The notes under the pieces: generated by a model | Told to the model about the DNA's origin: nothing | The model's database searches: none | The model's input: only the letters and a program-made list of their open reading frames with translations | Shown here: in pieces, positions 56,796 through 64,000 of the stretch | Layout: each line of letters opens with the position of its first letter | How positions within the stretch are numbered: position 1 is the first letter of the stretch | Program-made: the position numbers and the translations under genes | Assembly: GCA_944332705.1 (NCBI GenBank) | Contig: CALVKM010000005.1 | Span: 3,618-67,617, forward strand | Length of the DNA stretch: 64,000 nucleotides | Direction of reading: 5' to 3' | DNA from: an uncultured Bacilli bacterium | GTDB taxonomy: Bacteria; Bacillota_I; Bacilli_A; RF39; UBA660

Positions 56796-58799
56796 ATGAG
56801 TAAAATTGATAATGAAGCTATTAATAGTATTAAAATGTTAGCAATAGACATGATTGATAAAGCAGGAAGTGGACATCCAGGAATAGTTTTGGGTGCTGCT
56901 CCAATTTTATATGCTTTATACAAGGATCATTTAAATGTTATACCTAGTAAACCAGATTGGGTAAATAGGGATCGTTTTGTAATGTCATCAGGACATGGTT
57001 CAGCATTACTTTATTCTATGCTTTATCATGCGGGATTTGATATTGATATTGAAGAATTAAAACAATTTAGATTTCTTAATTCTCTAACTCCGGGGCACCC
57101 AGAATACAAAGTTACTCCTGGAGTTGATGCAACAACTGGTCCGCTTGGTCAAGGTATTGGTATAGCGGTTGGTATGGCTATGGCAGAACGTTACTTAAAT
57201 GCTATTGCTAATATTGAAAAGAAAAATACCAAATTAATTGATTATTATACCTATTGTTTTTGTGGTGATGGTGATTTAATGGAAGGTATTAGTTATGAAG
57301 CATTATCTTTTGCTAGTACCCAAAATTTAAATAAATTAATTATTTTATATGATGCTAATCATGTAAGTTTAGATAGTGATACTGATATAACTTTTACTGA
57401 AGATATTGCTATTCGTTTTGAAGCACTAGATTTTGATATATTTGAGGTTAAAAATGCTAATGATTATAGTGAAGTTTCTAGGGCTATAAAACAAGCAAAA
57501 AAAAGTGATAGACCAAGTATTATAATATGTCATACTATAATTGGAAAAGATTCTGTGTTGGAAGGTACTAATAAAGTCCATGGAAAGCCTTTAAGTAAAG
57601 AAGATTTAAATAACTTAAGAGAAATTTATAAAATAACTAGTGAACCATTTACAGTAGATTTGAAATATAAAGATCATATATTAAATACTATTAATAAAAG
57701 AATGGAGGTTATTTTTAAAAATTGGGAAGAAGAATATACAGATATTAAAGAAACAAATAATTTTGGTTTAAATTCCTTATTTAATTTACTTGAACGTAAT
57801 GCTTTTGTAATTGATTTTGATGATACAAAATTTAAAATAAGTGATGAATATAGTGAATCATTAAGAGAAAGTAATCATAAAATAATGAATTTTATATCAC
57901 CAAAGAGTCCATTCTTTCTTGGTGGTTCAGCAGATCTTTCATCTAGTTGTAAAACAAATTTAGATAAATCAACTATTCAAAGTCCTGATAATCCAGTGGG
58001 TAAAAATATTTATTTTGGCGTTAGAGAACATGCTATGGGAGCAATTCTTAATGGTATGGCTTTATCAAACTTAAAGGTTTTTGGTTCGACATTCTTAAGT
58101 TTTAGTGATTATCACAAATCAGCGATACGGATGTCTGCTTTAATGAATTTACCAGTTACTTATATTTATACTCATGATTCAATATATGTAGGTGCGGATG
58201 GACCAACACATGAACCGGTTGAACAATTAACAATGCTTCGGAGTATACCAAATTTCATAACATTTCGTCCAGCAGATATTAATGAAATAATGGGTTCATG
58301 GGAATATATACTTAAAAACAACTGTCCAACTGCTTTAGTAGTAAGCAAAGAAAAAAGGAGTAAGCTTAAAAATACCAATGCTAAATTTGTTAAATATGGG
58401 GCATATATGATTAGAAAAGAAAAATTCCGTTTGGATGGTATAATTATTGCAACAGGTTCAGAAGTAGAAATGGCTATGGATATAAGTAAAGAGTTATTTG
58501 CTATGGGTGTTGATACAAGAGTAGTATCAATGCCTTCGATGGAGCTATTCTTAAAGCAAAATCCAAAATACGAAGAACAATTACTTCCAAAAGATATTCC
58601 AACATTTGTCATTGAAGCGGGTTCAAGTCTAATTTGGAATCGCTTTGCGACTCGTCCAGAGTATATTTTTGGTATAAATCGTTTTGGTATGAGTGGTAAA
58701 AGTGAAGATGTTGCCAAATATTTAAAGTTTGATAAAGCTACTATTTTAGCTAGTATTGCAAGTAATTTAACAAAAGATGTATCTATCGACATAATCTGA
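56796..58799 (+). CDS. tkt: transketolase
   Basis: MSKIDNEAINSIKMLAIDMIDKAGSGHPG, GDGDLMEG ThDP motif, 667 aa from ATG 56796. Confidence 0.93.
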   Translation: MSKIDNEAINSIKMLAIDMIDKAGSGHPGIVLGAAPILYALYKDHLNVIPSKPDWVNRDRFVMSSGHGSALLYSMLYHAGFDIDIEELKQFRFLNSLTPGHPEYKVTPGVDATTGPLGQGIGIAVGMAMAERYLNAIANIEKKNTKLIDYYTYCFCGDGDLMEGISYEALSFASTQNLNKLIILYDANHVSLDSDTDITFTEDIAIRFEALDFDIFEVKNANDYSEVSRAIKQAKKSDRPSIIICHTIIGKDSVLEGTNKVHGKPLSKEDLNNLREIYKITSEPFTVDLKYKDHILNTINKRMEVIFKNWEEEYTDIKETNNFGLNSLFNLLERNAFVIDFDDTKFKISDEYSESLRESNHKIMNFISPKSPFFLGGSADLSSSCKTNLDKSTIQSPDNPVGKNIYFGVREHAMGAILNGMALSNLKVFGSTFLSFSDYHKSAIRMSALMNLPVTYIYTHDSIYVGADGPTHEPVEQLTMLRSIPNFITFRPADINEIMGSWEYILKNNCPTALVVSKEKRSKLKNTNAKFVKYGAYMIRKEKFRLDGIIIATGSEVEMAMDISKELFAMGVDTRVVSMPSMELFLKQNPKYEEQLLPKDIPTFVIEAGSSLIWNRFATRPEYIFGINRFGMSGKSEDVAKYLKFDKATILASIASNLTKDVSIDII

Positions 58800-58845
58800 C
58801 AAATTTTTTAAGTTCCGTGTGTTATCATATATTTGGGTGATAATA

Positions 58846-59262
58846 ATGCGGACTTTTTATATTTTTAGAATTAATCGGGAAATGACATTACTTTTGAGGG
58901 AATCTCCTTATAATTTGTTCAAATCTTTAGAAGGGATATATTTACTTGATAAGGCTAATATTGGTTATGGAAAAGAAATGCTAGATGATTTAATTGTACC
59001 AATAGATAAATTAAAATATAATAGACTTATTTATGATAAAAATAAAGATAATGATTTTTATATGAAAATTGGTGATAATCATAAAATAGTTAATAAATAT
59101 CGCAAGGAAGAGACAAATATTTGGGTGCGTAATTCTCATATTTTACTTAAAACTAATATTATTAATAAAAATATTAGAAAATTTTTACCTCTTAATGAGC
59201 TATTTGCTTGTGATTTTGAAAATAAAGATTATTTTTGGTTAGAAGAATTAGTGAGATTATAA
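58846..59262 (+). CDS. sirA: sporulation inhibitor of replication SirA-like protein
   Basis: About 138 aa. The tail FACDFENKDYFWLE resembles the end of B. subtilis SirA. The tkt-sirA(yneE)-yneF gene order matches B. subtilis. Confidence 0.45.
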   Translation: MRTFYIFRINREMTLLLRESPYNLFKSLEGIYLLDKANIGYGKEMLDDLIVPIDKLKYNRLIYDKNKDNDFYMKIGDNHKIVNKYRKEETNIWVRNSHILLKTNIINKNIRKFLPLNELFACDFENKDYFWLEELVRL

Positions 59263-59296
59263 CACCTAAGATAGCACCTAAGATAACACCTAAGAT
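59261..59296. repeat. 12-bp tandem repeat x3
   Basis: AACACCTAAGAT / AGCACCTAAGAT / AACACCTAAGAT, starting at the stop codon of the sirA-like gene. Confidence 0.9.
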
Positions 59297-59416
59297 AATT
59301 TGATTTTTAATTAAAATGACTGATGAGAATAAACCAACAAGTAAAAATCAAAGATATTATAAAGAATAGTTGTTAAAATAGAGAATTTATAGTAAAATTA
59401 AAGTGAGGTGATAATT

Positions 59417-59626
59417 TTGGGACAACTTATATTATATTTAGTAATTGGCCTTGTTGTAGGTTTAATAATTGGTTTTTTTCTAGCAAGATATTTCTTGAAA
59501 AAACAAATTGATAAAAATCCACCGATTAATGAAAAAATGATTGAGGCGATGATGAGTAGTATGGGAAGAAAGCCAAGTCAAAAACAAGTTAAACAAGTTA
59601 TGCAACAAATGAATAGGTATAAATAA
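59417..59626 (+). CDS. yneF: UPF0154 family membrane protein YneF
   Basis: Single TM, then KKNPPINEKMIEAMMSSMGRKPSQKQVKQVMQQMN, the YneF signature. GAGGTG RBS favours TTG 59417 over GTG 59408. Confidence 0.85.
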   Translation: MGQLILYLVIGLVVGLIIGFFLARYFLKKQIDKNPPINEKMIEAMMSSMGRKPSQKQVKQVMQQMNRYK

Positions 59627-59686
59627 GCGAATGTTTTTGCTTATTTATTTTTCTAATGTAAGCGAACAAATATTTGCAAAAAAATA

Positions 59687-59715
59687 TTGACATTTTTTTT
59701 AAAGTATATTACAAT
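59687..59715 (+). promoter_or_regulatory. sigma-A type promoter of recA
   Basis: TTGACA, a 17-nt spacer, then TACAAT. Confidence 0.55.
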
Positions 59716-59744
59716 TAATTTGTATCAGAGTATTAGGAGGAATA

Positions 59745-60788
59745 ATGAAATCAGTTAAAGATGAAAAGAATAAAGATAAGGCACTAGAACAAGTTCTAGC
59801 AGATATTGAAAAACAATTTGGAGCTGGTGCTATCATGAAACTTGGGGATAATGAACATATTGAAGTGGATGTGGTATCTAGTGGTTCTATTGCAATTGAT
59901 GTTGCTTTAGGTGTTGGAGGTTACCCAAAGGGCAGAATTATAGAAATATATGGACCGGAATCAAGTGGTAAAACAACAGTTGCATTGCAAGCTATAGCAG
60001 AAGTACAAAAAGCTGGAGGTAGAGCAGCATTTATTGATGCAGAACACGCACTTGATCCTGTATATGCTAAAAATTTAGGTGTTGATATAAATGAACTTTT
60101 ATTAAGTCAACCAGATACTGGAGAACAAGCTTTAGAAATTTGTGATGCTTTAGTTAAAAGTGAAGCAGTAAGTTTAATTATAATTGACTCAGTTGCTGCA
60201 TTAGTTCCCCAAGCGGAAATAGATGGGGAAATGGGAGATTCTCATGTTGGTTTACAAGCTAGACTTATGTCCCAAGCTTTAAGAAAATTATCAGGTACTA
60301 TGAACAAAACTAAAACAACTGCGATATTTATTAATCAACTTCGTGAAAAAGTTGGAGTAATGTTTGGTAATCCCGAAACTACACCAGGTGGTAGAGCTCT
60401 TAAATTTTACTCAACAATTCGTCTTGATGTAAGAAAAGGTGAACAAATTAAAATGGGAGACCAAATAATTGGTAATAAAACCAATATTAAAGTAGTTAAA
60501 AATAAAGTTGCTCCACCATTTAAAACTGCTAGTGTAGATATTATGTATGGGGAAGGTATTTCTAAAGAAGGAGAAATTATTGATATTGCTAGTGATTTAG
60601 CAATTCTAGATAAAAGTGGAGCATGGTATTCATATAACGGTGAAAAAATAGGTCAAGGTAAAGAAAATGTTAAGGCTTATTTAAAAGAAAATACTAATCT
60701 TCGTGATGAACTTGAACAAAAGATTAGAGAACATTATGGTTTTGTAAAATCTAAAGATAAAAAAGAAGATAAAAAGAATGCAGAATAA
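59745..60788 (+). CDS. recA: recombinase RecA
   Basis: GPESSGKTT Walker [10 protein letters not shown] Walker B, 347 aa. Confidence 0.97.
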   Translation: MKSVKDEKNKDKALEQVLADIEKQFGAGAIMKLGDNEHIEVDVVSSGSIAIDVALGVGGYPKGRIIEIYGPESSGKTTVALQAIAEVQKAGGRAAFIDAEHALDPVYAKNLGVDINELLLSQPDTGEQALEICDALVKSEAVSLIIIDSVAALVPQAEIDGEMGDSHVGLQARLMSQALRKLSGTMNKTKTTAIFINQLREKVGVMFGNPETTPGGRALKFYSTIRLDVRKGEQIKMGDQIIGNKTNIKVVKNKVAPPFKTASVDIMYGEGISKEGEIIDIASDLAILDKSGAWYSYNGEKIGQGKENVKAYLKENTNLRDELEQKIREHYGFVKSKDKKEDKKNAE

Positions 60789-60812
60789 AAAAGGTCGTAA
60801 GACCTTTTTTTT
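60787..60812. terminator. bidirectional terminator between recA and the convergent permease gene
   Basis: AAAAAAGGTC-GTAA-GACCTTTTTTTT. Confidence 0.75.
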
Positions 60813-63800
60813 ATTCCACAGATTTTAATGAATCAATCATATTTACTTTTCTAAGGATAAAGTTAGTAATTATTTGAACAATTATAGTAAATATAATCAT
60901 AATTACAACTGTTAAAATATAACTTAAATAATGTATTTGTTTAATGAATATTATTTCATCAGTCTCGGCAACAGTTAAGACAAAGGCATTTAGACCAATA
61001 CCTAAGATTAAGCCAATAATTATACCAATAATAGTTAAAATAATTGTTTCTCTATAAACATACATAGATATTTCTTTATCATTAAAACCAAGGACTTTTA
61101 GTGTAGCTATTTCTCTAGTTCTTTCCGAAATATTAATAGTTGTTAGGTTATATAAAACTGTAATAGCAAGTACTGATGAGAAGCCAATTATTAAGAAAAC
61201 TATATGGTTCATACTATCAAAAATATCTTGCAGAGTTGAAACACTATCTTCTGTATATTGAATATTACTAAAATAATTACTTGCAAGAAGGGTATCACCT
61301 AAATCATTGATGTTAGCAATAATTGTGTTATAAGAGATATCCCCAAAAACTAAATTGTAATAGTTAATATTCATATAAACATAATTATTAATATAATTTC
61401 TACTAATTCCAGAAATTTTTATTACATATATTTCATTGTTATTGTCTCGGAGAGTTATGGTATCACCAACTGAAACATTTAATATATCAGCAATTTTTTC
61501 AGTAATTATTGCTCCTTCATCATCTAAAGATAAAGGATTGCCATCTAAATCTTTTAAGTCATAATAATTACTAATATCATTATCCATAAAGGCCATAGAG
61601 TAAACATCAATATTTTTGCTATTGGCAGCAAAAGTTAGTGTTTCCATGTGAGCATATAAGGGATTTTCAATATTATTATTTGCAAGTAAATTATTTATTT
61701 CAGTATTTTCTTCAGTAACCGATTCATTTAAGAATAACATGGAGTCATATTTTTCTATTTCTCCGTATTGTATATCAACAATTTTGGATATACTATCTTT
61801 TATACCAAAGCCTGTTAAAAGTAGGGCAGTACAACCAGATATGCCAATTAGAGTCATGATGATTCTTTTTTTGTATCTAAATAAATTTCTAATTGTAACT
61901 TTCCAAGAAAATGATATTCTTTTCCAAATAAAGTTGATTTTTTCAAGCAATACTTTACGACCATTTTTAGGACTAGCTGGTCTAAGTAGATTAGCAGGAC
62001 TGTTTTTAAATTTAACAGCTACAGCAATATATGTAACTAGAGCCATAGTAATTATACAAACTTCAATTATACTTATACATATTGGAATATTTGCATAAGT
62101 TTTTAATCCCGGAATAATGTATGATTGTGTGTATACATTGTATAAAACATGAGGTATTATTGTATAACCAATTGTTAGACCAATTAATAAACCAAGTAAA
62201 GTAGCAATTAAAACATAGAATATATAACTAAATATTATTTTAAATTTGCCAATTCCAAGGGATGTGAAAATACCAATTTCGGTTCTTTCTTCTTCAATCA
62301 TTCTAGTCATGGTATTTAGACACATTAGGAAGGCAACAGCAATAAAGAATATTGGAAATACTGCAGCAATTGAATCAATTTTAGTGGCTGATTCTAAGAA
62401 TGTTGTATATCCTGAATTATCTTCACGGTCAAATAAATACCATTCTGGTTTTTCGAGGGTTGCAATTTCCGCTTCAGCATCAGCGATTTGTGCTAAACCT
62501 TCATTGACTTTATTTTGAAATTCATTGTAGTTAGTATTGTATTCTTCTAAACTAGCATTTAGAGTTCTTTGTTGTTCATCTAAAGTCGCTTTATTAGAAT
62601 TTAGAGTATTTATTGTTTCATTATAGGTATTATTAAATTCATTGCGAGCATTAGTAATTTCTGTAAAACCATTCTTTATTTCATTTAAACTAGATACTAA
62701 AGTATTTAAATTATTAATAGTTTCCTTAGTTGTTTGATATTCTATACTTGCTGGATCAAGTGTTGCAAGTAAATTATTTAGGTTAGTAATCTCGGTATTT
62801 AGAGCAGTAATTGATTCATCTATGCTACTAGTGGTAATACCAAAATTTGTTAAGTTAGCATTAATGGTAGCTAAATTAGAATTAAGATTAGCTTCATTAG
62901 TATCAAGTTCTGTTAATACTTGAGTTCTTCTTGCTTCTAATTCTGCTCTTGCATCATTTATTTCTTTATAACCATTATCAATTTGTAATTGACCATTATC
63001 TAGTTCTTCTTTAGCATCTGCAAATTTTTCTTCATTTTCTTCTCTTAAGTTATTTATTTCTTCTCTGGCATCATAGATTTCTTCCATGGCTGCAGTTTTA
63101 ATTTCTTCATATCTGATTGTTTCTCTAATTGGTGCAAGTTCTTCAAGCTCTGCATTTAACTTTGTTATTATTTCTTCATAATCATCACGATAGCTTGTTG
63201 CATCAATACTTTCTTTAGCGATTAGATAAATTTCAGTGTAATATTCCATATTGAAATTTTCTTTATTTATATATATAACATTATCAAGTTTGCCATCTGA
63301 TACAGTAGATATACCAAGATTATTATAAATATACATACTACTATTTATGGTACCTACAACTTTATAAGTATTATTTTTTAAATAATCCCCATAATCTTCA
63401 TCTTCGATTATTATGGTATCACCGATGTTGTATGAGCCATCTAAAACTAAACATTCGTTATTTGCATCAGGCATTTTGCCATCAACTAAAATAACATTGT
63501 TGATATCATTAGTTATTCCATATATTTTAGTAGCATCACCAGCAATTACAGTTTCATAGGTGTAGTTTGCCTCAACAACTTCGGCATTATCCAAATTTTT
63601 AAGAGCAGTTAAGTCATCTTCCGTTAAGCCCATGGTACTAACAATGCGATAGTCCATTAACTTAGTTTCATCATAATATTCATCCATAGTGCGAATCATA
63701 TCGGATGAAGTTTCACGAACTCCGGCGAAAAATGCTGCCCCAATAGCAATAATTAAAATTAAAGTTATAAAGCGACCTAAGGAATGTTTGATTTTTCGCA

Positions 63801-63822
63801 AGGTATTTTTGAACATAAACAT
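60811..63822 (-). CDS. ABC transporter permease, FtsX/MacB type, with two FtsX domains and a long coiled-coil extracytoplasmic region
   Basis: About 1003 aa. N-terminal TM, large ECD with a Leu/Asn/Glu heptad-like region, and two 4-TM FtsX modules. ATG 63822 overlaps the upstream TAA (TAATG). Confidence 0.8.
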   Translation of the reverse strand: MFMFKNTLRKIKHSLGRFITLILIIAIGAAFFAGVRETSSDMIRTMDEYYDETKLMDYRIVSTMGLTEDDLTALKNLDNAEVVEANYTYETVIAGDATKIYGITNDINNVILVDGKMPDANNECLVLDGSYNIGDTIIIEDEDYGDYLKNNTYKVVGTINSSMYIYNNLGISTVSDGKLDNVIYINKENFNMEYYTEIYLIAKESIDATSYRDDYEEIITKLNAELEELAPIRETIRYEEIKTAAMEEIYDAREEINNLREENEEKFADAKEELDNGQLQIDNGYKEINDARAELEARRTQVLTELDTNEANLNSNLATINANLTNFGITTSSIDESITALNTEITNLNNLLATLDPASIEYQTTKETINNLNTLVSSLNEIKNGFTEITNARNEFNNTYNETINTLNSNKATLDEQQRTLNASLEEYNTNYNEFQNKVNEGLAQIADAEAEIATLEKPEWYLFDREDNSGYTTFLESATKIDSIAAVFPIFFIAVAFLMCLNTMTRMIEEERTEIGIFTSLGIGKFKIIFSYIFYVLIATLLGLLIGLTIGYTIIPHVLYNVYTQSYIIPGLKTYANIPICISIIEVCIITMALVTYIAVAVKFKNSPANLLRPASPKNGRKVLLEKINFIWKRISFSWKVTIRNLFRYKKRIIMTLIGISGCTALLLTGFGIKDSISKIVDIQYGEIEKYDSMLFLNESVTEENTEINNLLANNNIENPLYAHMETLTFAANSKNIDVYSMAFMDNDISNYYDLKDLDGNPLSLDDEGAIITEKIADILNVSVGDTITLRDNNNEIYVIKISGISRNYINNYVYMNINYYNLVFGDISYNTIIANINDLGDTLLASNYFSNIQYTEDSVSTLQDIFDSMNHIVFLIIGFSSVLAITVLYNLTTINISERTREIATLKVLGFNDKEISMYVYRETIILTIIGIIIGLILGIGLNAFVLTVAETDEIIFIKQIHYLSYILTVVIMIIFTIIVQIITNFILRKVNMIDSLKSVE

Positions 63823-64000
63823 TACCAATCAATCTCCTCAACACTTTTAGGCTTTTTGTGAATTATAATATCTTCAATAGTTCCATTTTTCACTTTTATA
63901 ACTTTATCAGCAATTTGTGCAATTACAGCATTGTGGGTAATAATAATTGTTGTTGTTTTAGTTTTGTGACAAGTGTCTTGTAATAACTTAATAATCATTT
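63822..64000 (-). CDS. ABC transporter ATP-binding protein, C-terminal part (5' end beyond the window)
   Basis: Manual translation gives ...MIIKLLQDTCHKTKTTTIIITHNAVIAQIADKVIKVKNGTIEDIIIHKKPKSVEEIDW-stop. The H-loop ITHN and the tail are typical of MacB/LolD-type ATPases. Confidence 0.75.
   Translation of the reverse strand, partial: MIIKLLQDTCHKTKTTTIIITHNAVIAQIADKVIKVKNGTIEDIIIHKKPKSVEEIDW

Noticed and set aside
58172-58792. 206-aa ORF on the minus strand. The same judgement applies to the shorter antisense or alternate-frame ORFs at 52689..53105, 41847..42218, 61739..62098, 62246..62518, 9282..9593, 9366..9569, 7956..8162, 26893..27120, 14119..14325 and 3869..4111.
   Set aside because: All of them overlap strongly supported genes (tkt, the ATPase, the HK, the FtsX permease, the pilin paralog, alaS, rpoB, hup) in other frames or on the other strand. 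None has an independent signal.
59251-59347. Minus-strand frame across the 12-bp repeats encodes a very hydrophobic peptide (FLLVGLFSSVILIKNQIILGVILGAILGVIISLILL...), reminiscent of a type I toxin
   Set aside because: The frame opens right after a TGA and contains no ATG, GTG or TTG before it reaches the stop. There is no RBS. The hydrophobicity is a by-product of the repeat (CTTAGGTG read as LG[VA]I).
59319-59372. 17-codon plus-strand mini-ORF MTDENKPTSKNQRYYKE
   Set aside because: No Shine-Dalgarno sequence and no recognisable family. It is too short to support.
62500-63100. Apparent repetitiveness in the FtsX permease gene
   Set aside because: It reflects a coiled-coil-like Asn/Leu/Glu/Thr-rich protein segment (heptad-like periodicity). 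I saw no exact DNA repeats.

Overview
Visibly AT-rich chromosomal segment of an endospore-forming low-GC Bacillota. The standard code applies, since TAA, TAG and TGA all terminate long ORFs. Nearly all genes are on the + strand. Core genes recognised: spoIVA, hup, a ybxB-like methyltransferase with rpoB and rpoC, two tandem SleB-type hydrolases, engB, der, a spoVIF-like gene, an AI-2E transporter, T-box-controlled alaS (compact form) and tyrS, rsgA, a hybrid HK plus Hpt-REC phosphorelay, a ProX-type deacylase, a CDF transporter, a P-type Ca-ATPase, tRNA-Arg(ACG), tRNA-Pro(UGG), tkt-sirA-yneF, recA, and a convergent MacB/FtsX-type ABC exporter on the - strand. Three accessory blocks stand out. 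(1) 0-10.5 kb holds only exported proteins of unknown function. It includes a 768-aa modular type IV pilin-like protein with Ig-like repeats and a Cys-rich tail, plus a 5'-truncated, frame-disrupted paralog. (2) 28.5-39.7 kb is an rsgA-led string of house-cleaning enzymes: four intact and two to three decayed Nudix genes, an ITPase, HD, HAD, a histidine phosphatase, an AlkP-like protein, RNHCP, and AAC(6')/APH-like genes. (3) 45.55-51.14 kb is a four-gene cassette bracketed by perfect 30-bp terminator-hairpin direct repeats. It encodes an HTH-WYL regulator, an NT5C-like HAD, a HAD-X-PRTase fusion and a PfkB-kinase/double-SIS fusion. Block 3 is my best candidate for an undescribed system. I saw no CRISPR array, transposase, integrase or phage structural gene.
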